Shown here one piece after another: positions 10,813-22,759 of a DNA stretch of 64,000 bases. The stretch's first letter is position 1; the number at the start of each line of letters is the position of its first letter. The notes beneath the pieces are model-generated. The model was not told where the DNA came from and made no database searches. It was given only the letters and a program-made list of their open reading frames with translations. Made by a program: the position numbers and the translations under genes. Origin of the DNA: Vitrella brassicaformis CCMP3155 (taxonomy: Eukaryota > Protista > Chromerida); assembly GCA_001179505.1 (NCBI GenBank), contig CDMY01000425.1, positions 15,010-79,009 of the forward strand, read 5' to 3'.

Positions 10813-12688
10813 CTATCTGTCCTTGTCAGCCTTCCATGCTCTCCTCTGCACACATGTCTCCTGGCTCCTCACCCTGTCTCTCGGATAGGTGTAGTGCAGC
10901 AACGAATAAAGCACAAAACACACGGCCCAGGGCACGGTCGTGGTGCAGAACAGAGCCTTCCCCAGCGCAGCGGCATTGCGCTCACGCAACCGCTCGTCCA
11001 TGTCGGCTATTTTCTGCGTGGTCTTCTCGTAACCAAAGACGTTTTCGGATAGAATTCCGACCAGTGGGGCCCCCAGCAAGGCTGCGGCCGTGATGTCACA
11101 TGCAGAGCACTGAACGCACACACGTACATACATACAACGGACCCGCGCTGCCTTCTTTTCGTCTGCCTGGCCGATTGATACGCACCCATGAGAAGACAGT
11201 AGCCCTGTAATCGCTCTGCACGACTTCTGCGAGCAGCGGCCTGATGACGGCCACCCCCGCCCAGCCGGCGGAGATGCCGATCATCAGCCCCAGCAGCACG
11301 AACCATGGGAGAGAGGTTGGCTGGCGTGGGATGAATAGCAAGAGGATGCACGACGCAGGCACCTTGATAGCAATGCCTATCTGGCCTGAAATGCGCAGAT
11401 CGACACACGAAACGGCCGCCACCACACTCGTGTGTCTCAGGATGCTTTTTTGGCTACCAAGGTATATTCTGCCATGGTCGGCCGAGAGTTTGTAGAGCAT
11501 GTCGCCGAGGTATCCCCCCAGAGGTCCTGCCGCAGCGGCGGTCATGAGGACGGCGCCCAGGACGGCCGCGGCCACGAAGTCCTCCAGACGGCAATACTGG
11601 AGGAACATCACGATGAACGAAATCGCTGACCATGGGATATGCGAAAACATGCCCTGAATGGGTGCGCACGGCCGCACATCTCATCTACACACACGTGTGT
11701 TGACACTTATCTACCTCCCCAACATACATACCTGAATAACGATTACACAAATTGTCGGCAAGCGAAAGTAGGACAAGGCCTCGGCGAGCCTGTACTGCGT
11801 CGGCCGTCTGGGCAGCTGCTGGCTCCCATCGCCTTCGTCACCTGGCGCACTGCCCTCATCGTGTGCAGCAGGAATGGATGGCGGCCGTGAGGGCAGCTTC
11901 CGGTGAGGGAGAGTCCTCCGCGGCACGTCGCCAGCACCATGGAGATCATCAGCCCCACCAGCAGACTCAGAATGCCCACCGATGCAAACGCCACACGCCA
12001 ACCCTGTGGGCACAGACGAGACAGGCATATAGACAAGCAGACAAAGACGGGTTATCATCTCCTCGCGCCTGTGTCTCTGACTGAGTCTTGTTACATGCGT
12101 TCCCATGATGTTGAGGTTTGATATGGAAGTGGTGTATACGCCCCCCACCAGCCGCCCGATGCACTGCGACAAGTGGATGAGCCCAAAGGCCAGTCCGTAA
12201 GAGTCCCTCTGGAATATGTCGCTCAGCAGCGACTGTGTGATGGGCGAGACAGAGGCGAGCGCCACGCCATTGAGCGCCCGCATCAACAGAATGGCCCACA
12301 GGTGGGCAATGGTCGCCAGCGCCAAAGTTGTGACACCCCAGCACATGCACCCTGTTGCCAGCACGATCGGCCGTGAGTGTGTGTCGGCCAGCGTGCCCGA
12401 GAGGGGCGAGAACAAGGCGAAGCACAGCGTCTGGACAAGCGCGATGGTGCCGAGAGTGGCCGGCCCGAATTGCAGGTCGGTCTCCAGTGCTTTGAAGGAC
12501 GCGGGCAGGAGTTGGTCGTCGCATGAGTCGAGTCCGGCCGTGATGTAAAGGAAGAAGAGTGAGCGGAAGGCCACGTGGCGGCGAGGAGACGTCGGCTGTG
12601 TGGACGGCGGACCTCTCTGGACGACCCTCAGGCTGGACTCCAGCAGCAGTGGGGCAGCTTCCACCTCCTCTGCTTCGGCTGCTATCAT
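10813..12688 (-). CDS. Spinster-like MFS transporter (paralog B); 5' end may extend upstream (possibly to about 13400); contains an unexplained frame switch near 11930-11815
   Basis: DSCDDQLLPASFKALE, ADTHSRPIVLA, RALNGVALA, GWRVAF, GMFSHIPW and LGAPLVGILSENVFGY, co-linear with paralog A. Confidence 0.82.
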
Positions 12689-12931
12689 CTCAATGGCATC
12701 ACCTGGCTTGCACTACACCGCTGCAGCCCTGAGAGCACACATGTGGACACGTCACTTCCTGCCAAGTTCCTGCAACGCCATGGCTGCAACGCTTCCCTTC
12801 TGCAGTGGGGCTCACCTCGCACTGGCCTTTCTTCACGGCTGCGAGGGTGCAGAGATTCATACGGCATCTGGCGGGCTTCCTCCGGCCTTCTGTCACCATC
12901 ATAGCGGCCCGATTTGGGGATCCTCCTACAG

Positions 12932-12939
12932 TGCGAGCT
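12932..12939. promoter_or_regulatory. TGCGAGCT motif about 244 bp upstream of the MFS-B ATG at 12688
   Basis: Exact 8-mer; recurrent in 5' flanks. Could instead be intragenic if the gene extends further 5'. Confidence 0.35.
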
Positions 12940-13666
12940 TAGCGAGCGTTGAGGGGGGCCGGCAGTGTTATTGGATGGCTGTTTGTTCCCAATGAACGCA
13001 AACCACGCCGCATGCACCCCCTCCCGTCTGTTTGTTTGTCTGTCTGTCTGTCTGCCTGCCTGTCTGCCAGTTGCTCTCTGGACACTGCACCAGCACCTCC
13101 GTCAGAAGGCCGCTAGTAGATACAGACACGCAATGCCATCTGGCTGGCTACGCAAAAGGAGCGGCAGGCCTCACCCACTCTCTGGACGCCACGGACACAG
13201 GCAAGCCACACACACACACACACCAGCACGCATTTATGCAAATGCACATACGGACCGGACCTCCCTTTGCTTTCGTCTCCTCTGCTTACCCGTCCTGATC
13301 GTGTCTTGGTCGAGTGACGATGCCTCCCCTGACCCAGTAGGGCCTAGGTGAGGGCAGCCGTGGCGAACCGGCCCCGTGCACCACACGCTCGCCCTCCATA
13401 TCGCCCTCATCCAACACACGCACTGGAGGCGCCGAACGGGCGCGGGAATCCTTCAGAGGCATTCACACACATGTACAAGAATGACCTGCAGGTCGGTCGG
13501 TGTGGCATACCGTGTGTGGCACGGTCGGGCACGGGTGTGGGATGGGTGGCGAGGCGGGGCGCTCCTCCAGCAACCTGCATACACAGAGGGGAAGAGAGAG
13601 ACCAGCCAATATGGCCGATTGATGCCTGTTTGGTTCGCCCGCTCCCTCGCTCCCTCCCTCGGTCGC

Positions 13667-15666
13667 TCACTGGTCAAGGTGTTGTATGTGTTTGGTCCTC
13701 CAGTTCTGCTGGTCGGATTTCCACCGCTGCTCGACGGCAAACAGACGGTCGCGACACGCACCTGATGCGCAGCCACCATGAGAAGGGCAGGTCTCCTTTG
13801 TGCGTGTAAACGCCCTGCTGGTGTGTGGCATGCCTACGCAGATCAGTGGACAGCTGCTCGTTGAACTGCTGCAGGTCGCGAAGCTGCCTGCAACCACACA
13901 AAGAGAAGGAAGAACAGACACACTGAAGGTGTGGAGGAGTAGACGAATTGCCTCCCGCTGCGGGTGAGTATACCTGTGTATGTCTTCTTTCTCAGCGATC
14001 CTGTCCTCAACCTCAATCGACATCTGATGCGCCTCACGGCTGAACGGACAGACAGACGCACCCATCCCATCCCATGACATGACATGACATGCCACGCCTC
14101 TGCTCTGCCCCTGATCCACCCACCGCGATTTTTCGATCTCGGCCTGGAGTGCGAACACCTGTCGCTGAGACTCCTCATATTGACCCTGCCACTCCTGTCA
14201 CACACATACACGCATAGATCACACATGCGCGCCGGAGGTGCCGCGTCTGTCTTTATTGGTCCATGCAGCGGACCTGGACGATCTCGTCGTGTCGGTTGAC
14301 CTTGTCCGCCATGACTGCGTGGTCGCTCTGCAGACGATCCATCTTGGCACGAACCTGCACGTGGACGAGCAATGAATGCAGCAAGACGCAATTCATGAAC
14401 AGTCGGTCGTTGGCATGAGGGAGGGGCATGCGGACCTGTGTTTTGAGTTCTCCCCTCTTCTCCCGCTCGCGGCGGAGCTGCTCCTCCAGCGAGTGATGCA
14501 ACTCACCTGATGCACTCAATCATGGTCGGTCAGCCAGGAACACAAGCAGAGACCTATACACACGGGCTGGGTGGGGTCCTTTCCTCATTTTTCTCGTGTG
14601 CTGTGTACCCATTCCCCTCAGCGATCGCCTGAATGAGTCGTTGCGCTCCTCGGCAGCAGCGCGGCTCTCGTCCAACGCTTTGACCTGACACGAGATGTCA
14701 TATGAAAGGCGCGTGTGTGCAGTAAGTGACGGTTGTGGCATTTTTCCTGGTCACCTGTTTTTCCTGGTAGTCTCGTTCGCTCTCCAGCTGGTTGATCCGA
14801 TCGTGCAGACGGTTGATGGTACGACACTGATGCACACACGCAGGCAGGAAAGCAATTGACGGCGACACATGAGCTGCATCAGAGGTGTGCATCCGTGTGT
14901 GCGTGTGGTTGATCCTGACCAGGTCCTTGCGATCCTTCTCCGACCTCTGCAGCTTCTGCACCTCGTCATCGGTCTTGTCGCCCATCTGATGCACACACGC
15001 AGACATGCAACGCACACGACACGCGACACACACAGGGATGGGCTGACCTCTTTGATGGTCTCCTCGAGCTCCTTCTTGGCTTTGCGCTCTGCAGACAGCT
15101 GCTTCATCAACGTCTGCACACACACACACACACACGCAATCACGGCAATACAGGCAGGCACATGTGCGTGTGTGAGTGACCTGGTTCCACGCCTGCTGGT
15201 CCTTGAGCTGCTTGGCGGTGGACCTCAGCTCGCTGCCCTTCTGACGCAGCTGACGGTCCATGCTCTCCATCTTCAACTGCATTATCAACAACACAAGACA
15301 GCACACAGAAGCACACAAATAAAGGCATGCATGGGTGAGTACTGCAATCCATCCATGCACGTGTCCAGAGCGTATTGTGCGTACCTCGAGCTGGTTGACT
15401 CGCTCATACCACCACCTCAGCTCGTTGGAATTCATCAGCACAGGCCCCTCAGGCATGCCCTCGCCTCTCCCGCCATCAGCCATGCCGTCATCGTCCTCGA
15501 GGCGCTCAATTTGTGGTGACATCCTGGAGCTGGCAGTGCGAGGCCGCGTCAGCGTCGCGCCTGTCCGGGGCGGCGGTCGGGGAGGGCTGATGGGCTGCGA
15601 CGGCGGCTGCGCGGGCCGCGCAGCGAAGCGAGGCGGCCTGGCACCCGGCCGATAGTCCAGAATCAT
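13667..15666 (-). CDS. Multi-exon coiled-coil protein of unknown function
   Basis: Pro-rich N-terminus, then short GT-AG exons with heptad E/K/R/Q-rich sequence (MDRQLRQKGSELRSTAKQLKDQQ, INRLHDRINQLESERD, LEEQLRRERE). Confidence 0.65.
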
Positions 15667-15773
15667 GGGTCACTGGATGACCTCGAAACAATGCTGCATG
15701 CACGGAACAATCAATGCGTGGCTGAGGATAGTCCAGCGGGGAGTCCGCTTGCTGTGCCAGCCTCAGCGACTGA

Positions 15774-15799
15774 TGCGAGCTTGGAAAAGGGAGCTCGCG
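15774..15799. promoter_or_regulatory. Spaced palindrome TGCGAGCT-TGGAAAAGGG-AGCTCGCG in a 163-bp divergent promoter
   Basis: GCGAGCT N10 AGCTCGC between the coiled-coil and YIP1 start codons; near-identical copy at 28642. Confidence 0.55.
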
Positions 15800-15829
15800 G
15801 AGATCTCACCCACGTGGCTCTGAGGCATC

Positions 15830-17303
15830 ATGGCTCAGCCTCTGCGTTCCCCCTTCTCACACCCCGGCGCATCAAGCGGCCCGCCTCCCGGGCCAAGCCA
15901 GCCCTCTACCGTCAGCACCCTAGGCAGCGAGGCCCCGGGAGGAAATCCATGGTACTCAGCGTCACAGTCTGCAGGCGGCAGCAGCGTATATCCTGCAAGC
16001 GGCGGCATTGGTGGCGGCATGAGTGGGCCGTTGTCACACAGAGGGCTGGGGTCGACAGAGAGGGGAGCTGCGGGCGAGGATCTGTCGTTCTACGGATCTG
16101 GATTTGCGCGGGTATGCAGACAAGAAAGATGGCAGGGAGGCAGGCCGAATCAGTGATCTGTGTGTGGTTGGGACGTTGGGATGTTGGTCATCAGAGCGGG
16201 AGCATGGACCAAGGCATGGGCGGCGGCGGGATGGGCAGCATGGGTCCGATGGGCGCTGTGGGAGGTCCTGAGGAGGAGGACTTTGTCGACGAACCGCCGC
16301 TGCTAGAGGGTAAGGTCGATCACTCGCGATGATGGAACCACCAAAGCAGACATTGTGCGTCTGTCCACGGGCATTGCACATGCACTGTTGGTCAGAGTTG
16401 GGCATCAACCCTGAGCACATCTTCAAGCGAATCAAATCCGTCCTTCTCTTCCAAAAGTATGCAGACATACACCCAGCTTGCGTGTCATGTCCATGGCACA
16501 TCTATGCGCTGCTTGTGTGTTCAGGTTGGATCACGACCTACTGGTCGATTGTGACATGTGTGGCCCTCTGGTGATTGCACTAGCACTGGGATTCTGCCTG
16601 CTATTCGTAAGCCGTCAGAACATGCGGCAATGCACTCAACGCCTCCCTTCTCCCCTCGTGTGTGTCAGTCTGGTAAGATCCACTTTGGGTACATCTACGG
16701 CTTGGGCATCACTGGCTGTCTGGGGACCTACCTGCTGCTGAACCTCATGAGCCAGGTACGTCAACAGGCACAGAGGCCGATCGAGACAGAGGGAATACAT
16801 GGCCGCTGGCCATGTCTGTGTGTGTGGCAGAAAGAAGCGATCGATGTGTTCCGGACGGCCAGCATTTTGGGTGAGCGCTCACGTGGAATGATGTCCACAT
16901 GTTCTGTCTTTCTTCTGCCCGCATTCACGTGTGCAGGTTACGGTTTGCTGCCTGTTGTTGGATTGGCCGCCATCTCCATCATCTTCTCGCTAAGGTGACT
17001 CGCACACGCTCCACTGCGCCCTTTCGTCGGCTGACGAGTGTGTGGTGTGGTGCGGTGTGGTGTGTGTCAGGGGCACGTTGGGTACAATCTTGTCTCCCCT
17101 CTGCATCATATGGTGCACGGCGACAGCATCCAGATTCTTCGAAACGGTCAGTCGACACACGACACCCCATAAGGAGCAGCCGGCGCTAATACCTGTTATT
17201 GCTTGTGTGCATGCAGGCGCTACTGATGCACCACCAGCGGTACCTGGTGGCCTACCCCATCTGCCTCCTCTACACCTGCTTCGTCCTCATCACCGTTTTC
17301 TGA
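15830..17303 (+). CDS. YIP1: Yip1-domain protein (YIPF5/7-like, ER-Golgi trafficking)
   Basis: Spliced exons give DEPPLLEELGIN, DMCGPL, GKIHFGYIYG, SILGYGLLP and QRYLVAYPICLLY..F*. Confidence 0.92.
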
Positions 17304-17820
17304 AGAGCAGTTACTCGACACGGACAACGACACAGACAGACGATGTGTGCAGCTGGTTGGTGCGACCGGTGTTTTCGTGGCGTGGTGTGGATATTCGTGA
17401 GTGGCTGACTCACTAGCTGACAGACTCACTGACTGACTGATCATGACTGGCTGGGCCCGTGGCTGGGTGTGCATACGTTCCTGCGCTTCTTGTGCTTCAT
17501 GCTAATTCATCAGCTGCCATGTGCGTGATGCGACCCAGACAGCACAGAGTCAAGTTCATTGCACGACCAGTATCAGTGCGCCAACGGCCAAGCCTACCGC
17601 CCAACGACCTCGTTCACACACTGTAGGAGCGGATCGACACGCTTACGAAGTGAATTTACAGATCGATCGGAATCGCGCTGCCATTTTTCTGTTTTTTCCT
17701 CGGTCAGTTCGCTCGTCTGCTTCGGTTCCTTGTCTCGCTCGGCTTAGACTGATATTTCTGCTGAGTGATTGACTGAAGGCGTCCGTCCGTCCCTCACTCA
17801 TTGCTTTGCTTGTTGGTGAG

Positions 17821-20800
17821 ATGACGGATCCGAGCGGTGCGGTGGTGCGTCCTTCCTTCTGTTCACTGGGCAATTCGGTCGACGCCCACACCAACCTGTT
17901 CAACCTCAAGGTGGACGAGTCGGTCAAGATCCAGGTGTACGCCGTCAACATCACGCCGCCCATCACCAATGTCAGCGAGGTGCGCAAGGTCATCTACAAC
18001 GCCCAGGAACCGGTACTGTGACACACACGCACACACAGAGAGGGATGATGGGATGAATGGAGGGGTGTGATGGATGGTGTGATGTGGTGTGGTGTGTGCA
18101 GATTCTGAACGCGTTGGTTGCTGATGGTGCGAAGGTCGGGGCCATTCTGCATCAGGGCATGAATGTTTTCGTGACCTTGCCGCACAGCCTGACGCCCAAC
18201 CAGACCGTGTCGGTCGACTCAACCATCCAGGGCAACTCGCAGACGGTAAATAAGTGACACACACTCACACAGACAGATCGACGGGAGGGGAGGTTGGGGA
18301 TGGATGGATCGGCCCATCCGGCCATGTCATTGGTGTGTGGTGTGGTGTGGTGTGCAGTTTTCGGTTCAGTTGGCGTTCAAGCACGACCTGGTGCTGCGCG
18401 GTGACGACTTGTCGCAGGAGGCCATCCAGTACATGAACGTAGCCCTCAAGAAGGCTCTGGTGAGTCGGTGACCCACACCAACCACATCACATACACACAC
18501 ATGAATATCTCTCCTGTTTTTGTGTGTGTGTGTGTGTGTATGTATGTGTTTCAGGGCCAGCTGCACATGGACTTCATCGGGCGTCACGGGTTCCTCACCA
18601 ACATGTGCAGCGAGCGTGCGCCCGAGCAGCTCAGCAGAGTCAAGTACGGGCCCAACAATAGCAAAGAGATGCTCCTGCTCCCAGGTGACACACACACACA
18701 CACACAGATGGATGGATGGATGGATGTGTTGTCTTGGTTTGCTTGGTTGGTTGTCAGGTTACTTCACGTCCATCCAGCAGATTGGCAAGTCCCTCTACCT
18801 CCAGGCCGACCTCACGCACCGCATAGTCCACAACGAGACGCTGCTCGCCGTCATCCAAAACGAGCAGGTTTAATCAACACACCACACCACACTCATCCTT
18901 CCATCCCATCATCCCTCTGTGTGTGTGTGTGTGGGTAATGCAGCGAGGTTTCAGTCGAACGGGAACGTTGACCTTCGAAGAACACATCAACGATAAGTAC
19001 AAGGGCCGTCGCGTCATGACTCATACGTACGCACGCACAAAGTGCACACACACACACACACACACACGTCTGTCCGTGTGTTTGTATGTGTGTGTGCAGG
19101 AGTCGGGGCCTGCCAACAACCGCAGCAGATCGCTCTACTGCATCGACAGAGTAGAGCACACCACACCCAGCGAGACAGCACACACACGGCAATTCACTTG
19201 TCTCTCTCTCTCTCTGTGTGTGTGTGTCTATGTGTGTGCCAGATTGAGTTTGACGAGACGCCTGAGACCAAGTTCGTCGATTCGAGCGGCAACGAGACCT
19301 CCATAGCCGAGTACCTCCTGACTCGTTATGGGGTCGAGTGCCAGCCCCGCCAGCCACTCGGTCAGTCTGTCAGTCTGTCAGTCTGTCAGTGTGACCCACA
19401 CACACGTCTGTCTGTCTGTCTGTCTGTCTGTGTGTGTGTGCAGTTGTATCTGAGCGTCGCAAGAAGGTCACCAACAGCGAGGGGAAGCGTGAGGAGGTCG
19501 TCATCCGCACCATCAAACTCCCCGTGCAGTGCGTCACGCTGACCGGACTCGACGAGTGAGTGTGTGACCCCCTCCCACAGACCCACACACACGCACACAC
19601 ACACACACACACACATCGCGGGCTGTCTGGCATCGCATCCCTCTCTGTGTCTCTGTGTATGGTCAGTACGATTCGCAACGACCACTTGATCAACGATCTA
19701 GTTGGCAAATCGTGCAGAATGACTCCTGGTGGGCGAGAGAGACCACACGCACACACACGCAGAGAGAGAGAGGCCACATCTATCCATCTCATGGATGAAT
19801 ATGTGTGTGTGTGTGTGTGTGTGTAGACGATCGTCTGAAGCGTGCTCATCGGTTCGTCGAGGTGCTGCGTGACAATCCCAACGCCAAGGCCGTGCTGGAC
19901 CGCTTCAAGCTCGAGATATGCGACGCCAAGGAGAAAGTCACGGGCAGAAAGCTCAACGACGGAGACAACGTCAACTCGTTCCGCGTACACCCACACCGCA
20001 CCCACACACTCACACACACAGCGCCACAGACACGTGTGTGTGTGTGTGTGGTCAGTACTACGACCGCCCCAACACGCTCGAGACGCTGAAGGCGCCGAGG
20101 AAGGGCAAGAACGAGGACACACTCAAGAACAGTCAGCGACACAGCCACACACATGGATGGATGGATGGATTGGTGGGTCTGTGTGTGTGTGTCAACCATT
20201 TACAAGGTGGCAATGCTTTGCGCGGCGACTCGTTCAACTTCATTCCCAAGGGCTGCCTCAAGCCTATCAAGCTCGAGAAGTGGGTTGTGCTGGCCGACAA
20301 GAGCGACGCCCAACAAGCGCAGAAAATGGCGCGTGACATCTACAATGCTGCATGTGGTGTGTGTCCACACACACGCCCACCAAGCCCACTCATCTCATGT
20401 GTGTGTGTGTGTGTGGATGTGTGTGTGTTTAGCACTCGGCATGGGCGACTGGGAGGCGCCCAAGTGGCTGATCAACCAGTCGCTGAGCGCCATGTTGGCC
20501 GACCACCAGACCCTCGTCAAGGAAATCAGCGGAGCGCAGTGCGTGGTCTGCCTCCTCCCCAACTCCAAAGGGAAGACAACAAGCGTCACACAACTCTACA
20601 ACGTATGTAACCAAACCACAGCACACACACACCACAGACACACACACAGAGAGAGAGAGAGAGAGAAACGACGCGACTGTGTGCGTGTGTGCGTGTGTGT
20701 GTTTAGGGGTTGAAGCAGCTGCTGACGTGCGAGGGCAGCCAGTGTGCGTGTGTGGCGCAGTGCGTGCAGAGCAAGACGCTGGCCAGCAACAAGTGGCAAA

Positions 20801-22075
20801 CAGCCTGTCAAAAGGTCGTCCAGCAGGTCAGGTCAACCAACACACACATCCATCCATCCATGTGTGTGTGTGTGTGTGTCTGTGTGTAGATCGTGTGCAA
20901 GGTGGGCGGCGCTGCGTGGGGGCTCAACGTCAAGGGGCGCAAGCCCTTGATGGCCATCGGCGTCGACTCGCGCAAGAGCAAAGGTCAGTCAGTGAGTCGA
21001 GGCCACACAAACAAAGGACAGAGACAGACAGACACGTGTGTGTGTGTGTGTGCAGATTCGACGATCGTGTCGCTGTGTGCAACGGTCGACGACCTTTTCA
21101 TCGAGCACTTCACAAGTAAACCACACACAGCCGCACACACCCCTCTCCCTCTCCCTCTCTGTCTGTCTGTGTGTGTGTGTGAAAACAGTGTCGCAGGTGT
21201 ACTCGTCTGAGATGGACCTGGCCGGAGCATTCACCAACTTCATCTCTCGTATCCACACACATCACAAGCCCACACATCACATCCACAGTGCATCTCTCTC
21301 TCTGTGCATATAATCAAATCAGGTGCGTGTGAGACGTTCGAGCAGCGCAACAACATCGGCGTCAAGCGCATCGTCATATATCGGACGGGCCTGGGCGAGG
21401 GGCAGAAGGTCGCTGCAACCGAGTACGAGATTCCCGCCATCAAGACCGGCCTCGAGCAGGCCTGCGGCGACAAGCAACCAGAGCTCGCCGTCATACTCAC
21501 CACACAACAGACCAACACCGGGCACACACACACACACACACGGGCACACGGAGAGAGCGAGGGAGAGGGAGAGAGACACCAACGTGACTCTCTCTGTGTG
21601 TGTGTGTAGGTTCGCCACGGCAAAAGGCAACCAGCTGTCCAACCCCCCGCCCCTCTCCGTCTTCGACAAAGGTAAATCAGCGAGTGGGGGCTGAGGTGAC
21701 TGCTGTGTGTGAGTGGAGTGTGTGGGTGGATTGCAATCAGGTGTTGCCGACGACGCTCTGTACGTCTGGTACGGCTGCCATCAGCAGGTCACGAGCGGCA
21801 CCATCACACCCACCAAGTGAATGACCACCACACACACACAGACACACAGACAGAGAGGCGGAGAGACACGCTCTGTGTGTGTGTGTGTGTGTTTGCTCTG
21901 CCTGTGTGTGTGGAACCAAACAAACAAACAGGTATGAGGTGCTGCACATGGATCGCTGGGGCCTCGACGTCGACCAAACAATCAACCTGACCATGCAGCT
22001 CAGCACCATGTACCAAAACTGGAGCGGTCAGCAACCAACCAATCAATCAGTGCCACACACAGACACACACACACC

Positions 22076-22110
<35 letters not shown>

Positions 22111-22249
22111 TGTGAATGTCTATCGGTCAGGTCCGATTCGTGTGCCAGCGGTGGTCAAGATGGCCGAGGTGTGTGCTCGCAAGGTGGCTGAGAATCTGCA
22201 GCTCAAGACGCCCACAGACGCCCTCGCCACCTTCCCCTGGTACCTCTGA
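17821..22249 (+). CDS. PIWI: PIWI-clade Argonaute (N-PAZ-MID-PIWI), about 21-22 exons, predicted slicer-inactive
   Basis: LLLPG|YFTSI..DLTHRIVHNET (L1), IEFDETP..SIAEY..YG..QPL and VQCVTLTGL (PAZ), LYN.LKQ / AQCV / QQIVCKVGG (MID), GVD, YRTG, GTITPTKY, NWSGPIRVP, C-terminal PWYL*. Confidence 0.92.
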
Positions 22250-22544
22250 GCCTGAGCCAGCTGCCCTCACACAGACAGACCGACCGACTGACACAGACAG
22301 ACAGTCTGAGACTGTAGAGTAGATCGAGGAGTAGACGACACACTGACTGACTGGATTCATGGACAAATTCATGTTGACTGAATGAATGGCCGGATGGCGA
22401 TGTGAGGCAAATCGGATCTCAATCCATCCATTCATCACTCAGACGAGTCCGCACATATCCATCCATTCATCGCACGAACTCGCAGAGGAAACACACGCCG
22501 ATATCCAGTCCACAAACACGCCACACAATCTCTCTCTCTCTCTC

Positions 22545-22589
<45 letters not shown>

Positions 22590-22759
22590 AGGCCGACGAG
22601 CCAATTGGCGCTCTGCGCCGCCCAGCGCAACAAACAGCGCGAGCCACCACAGCCAGAACCACCAACCACCAGGTACCTAGACCACACCGACGACCTACGA
22701 AAAAGGGTCTCTCTCCCCGCCAGCACCAAACGACAAATACACGCCTCCCTTCAATTCCA

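Noticed and set aside
11096-12688. A third MFS gene (ORFs 11096..11677 and 11711..12688 as separate genes)
   Set aside because: They encode the C- and N-terminal halves of one transporter joined by GT-AG introns, co-linear with paralog A.
1-22249. An operon-like small-RNA gene cluster (PARN plus PIWI)
   Set aside because: Unrelated genes intervene and no Dicer, RdRP, Hen1 or helicase gene is visible in the window; kept only as a low-interest note.
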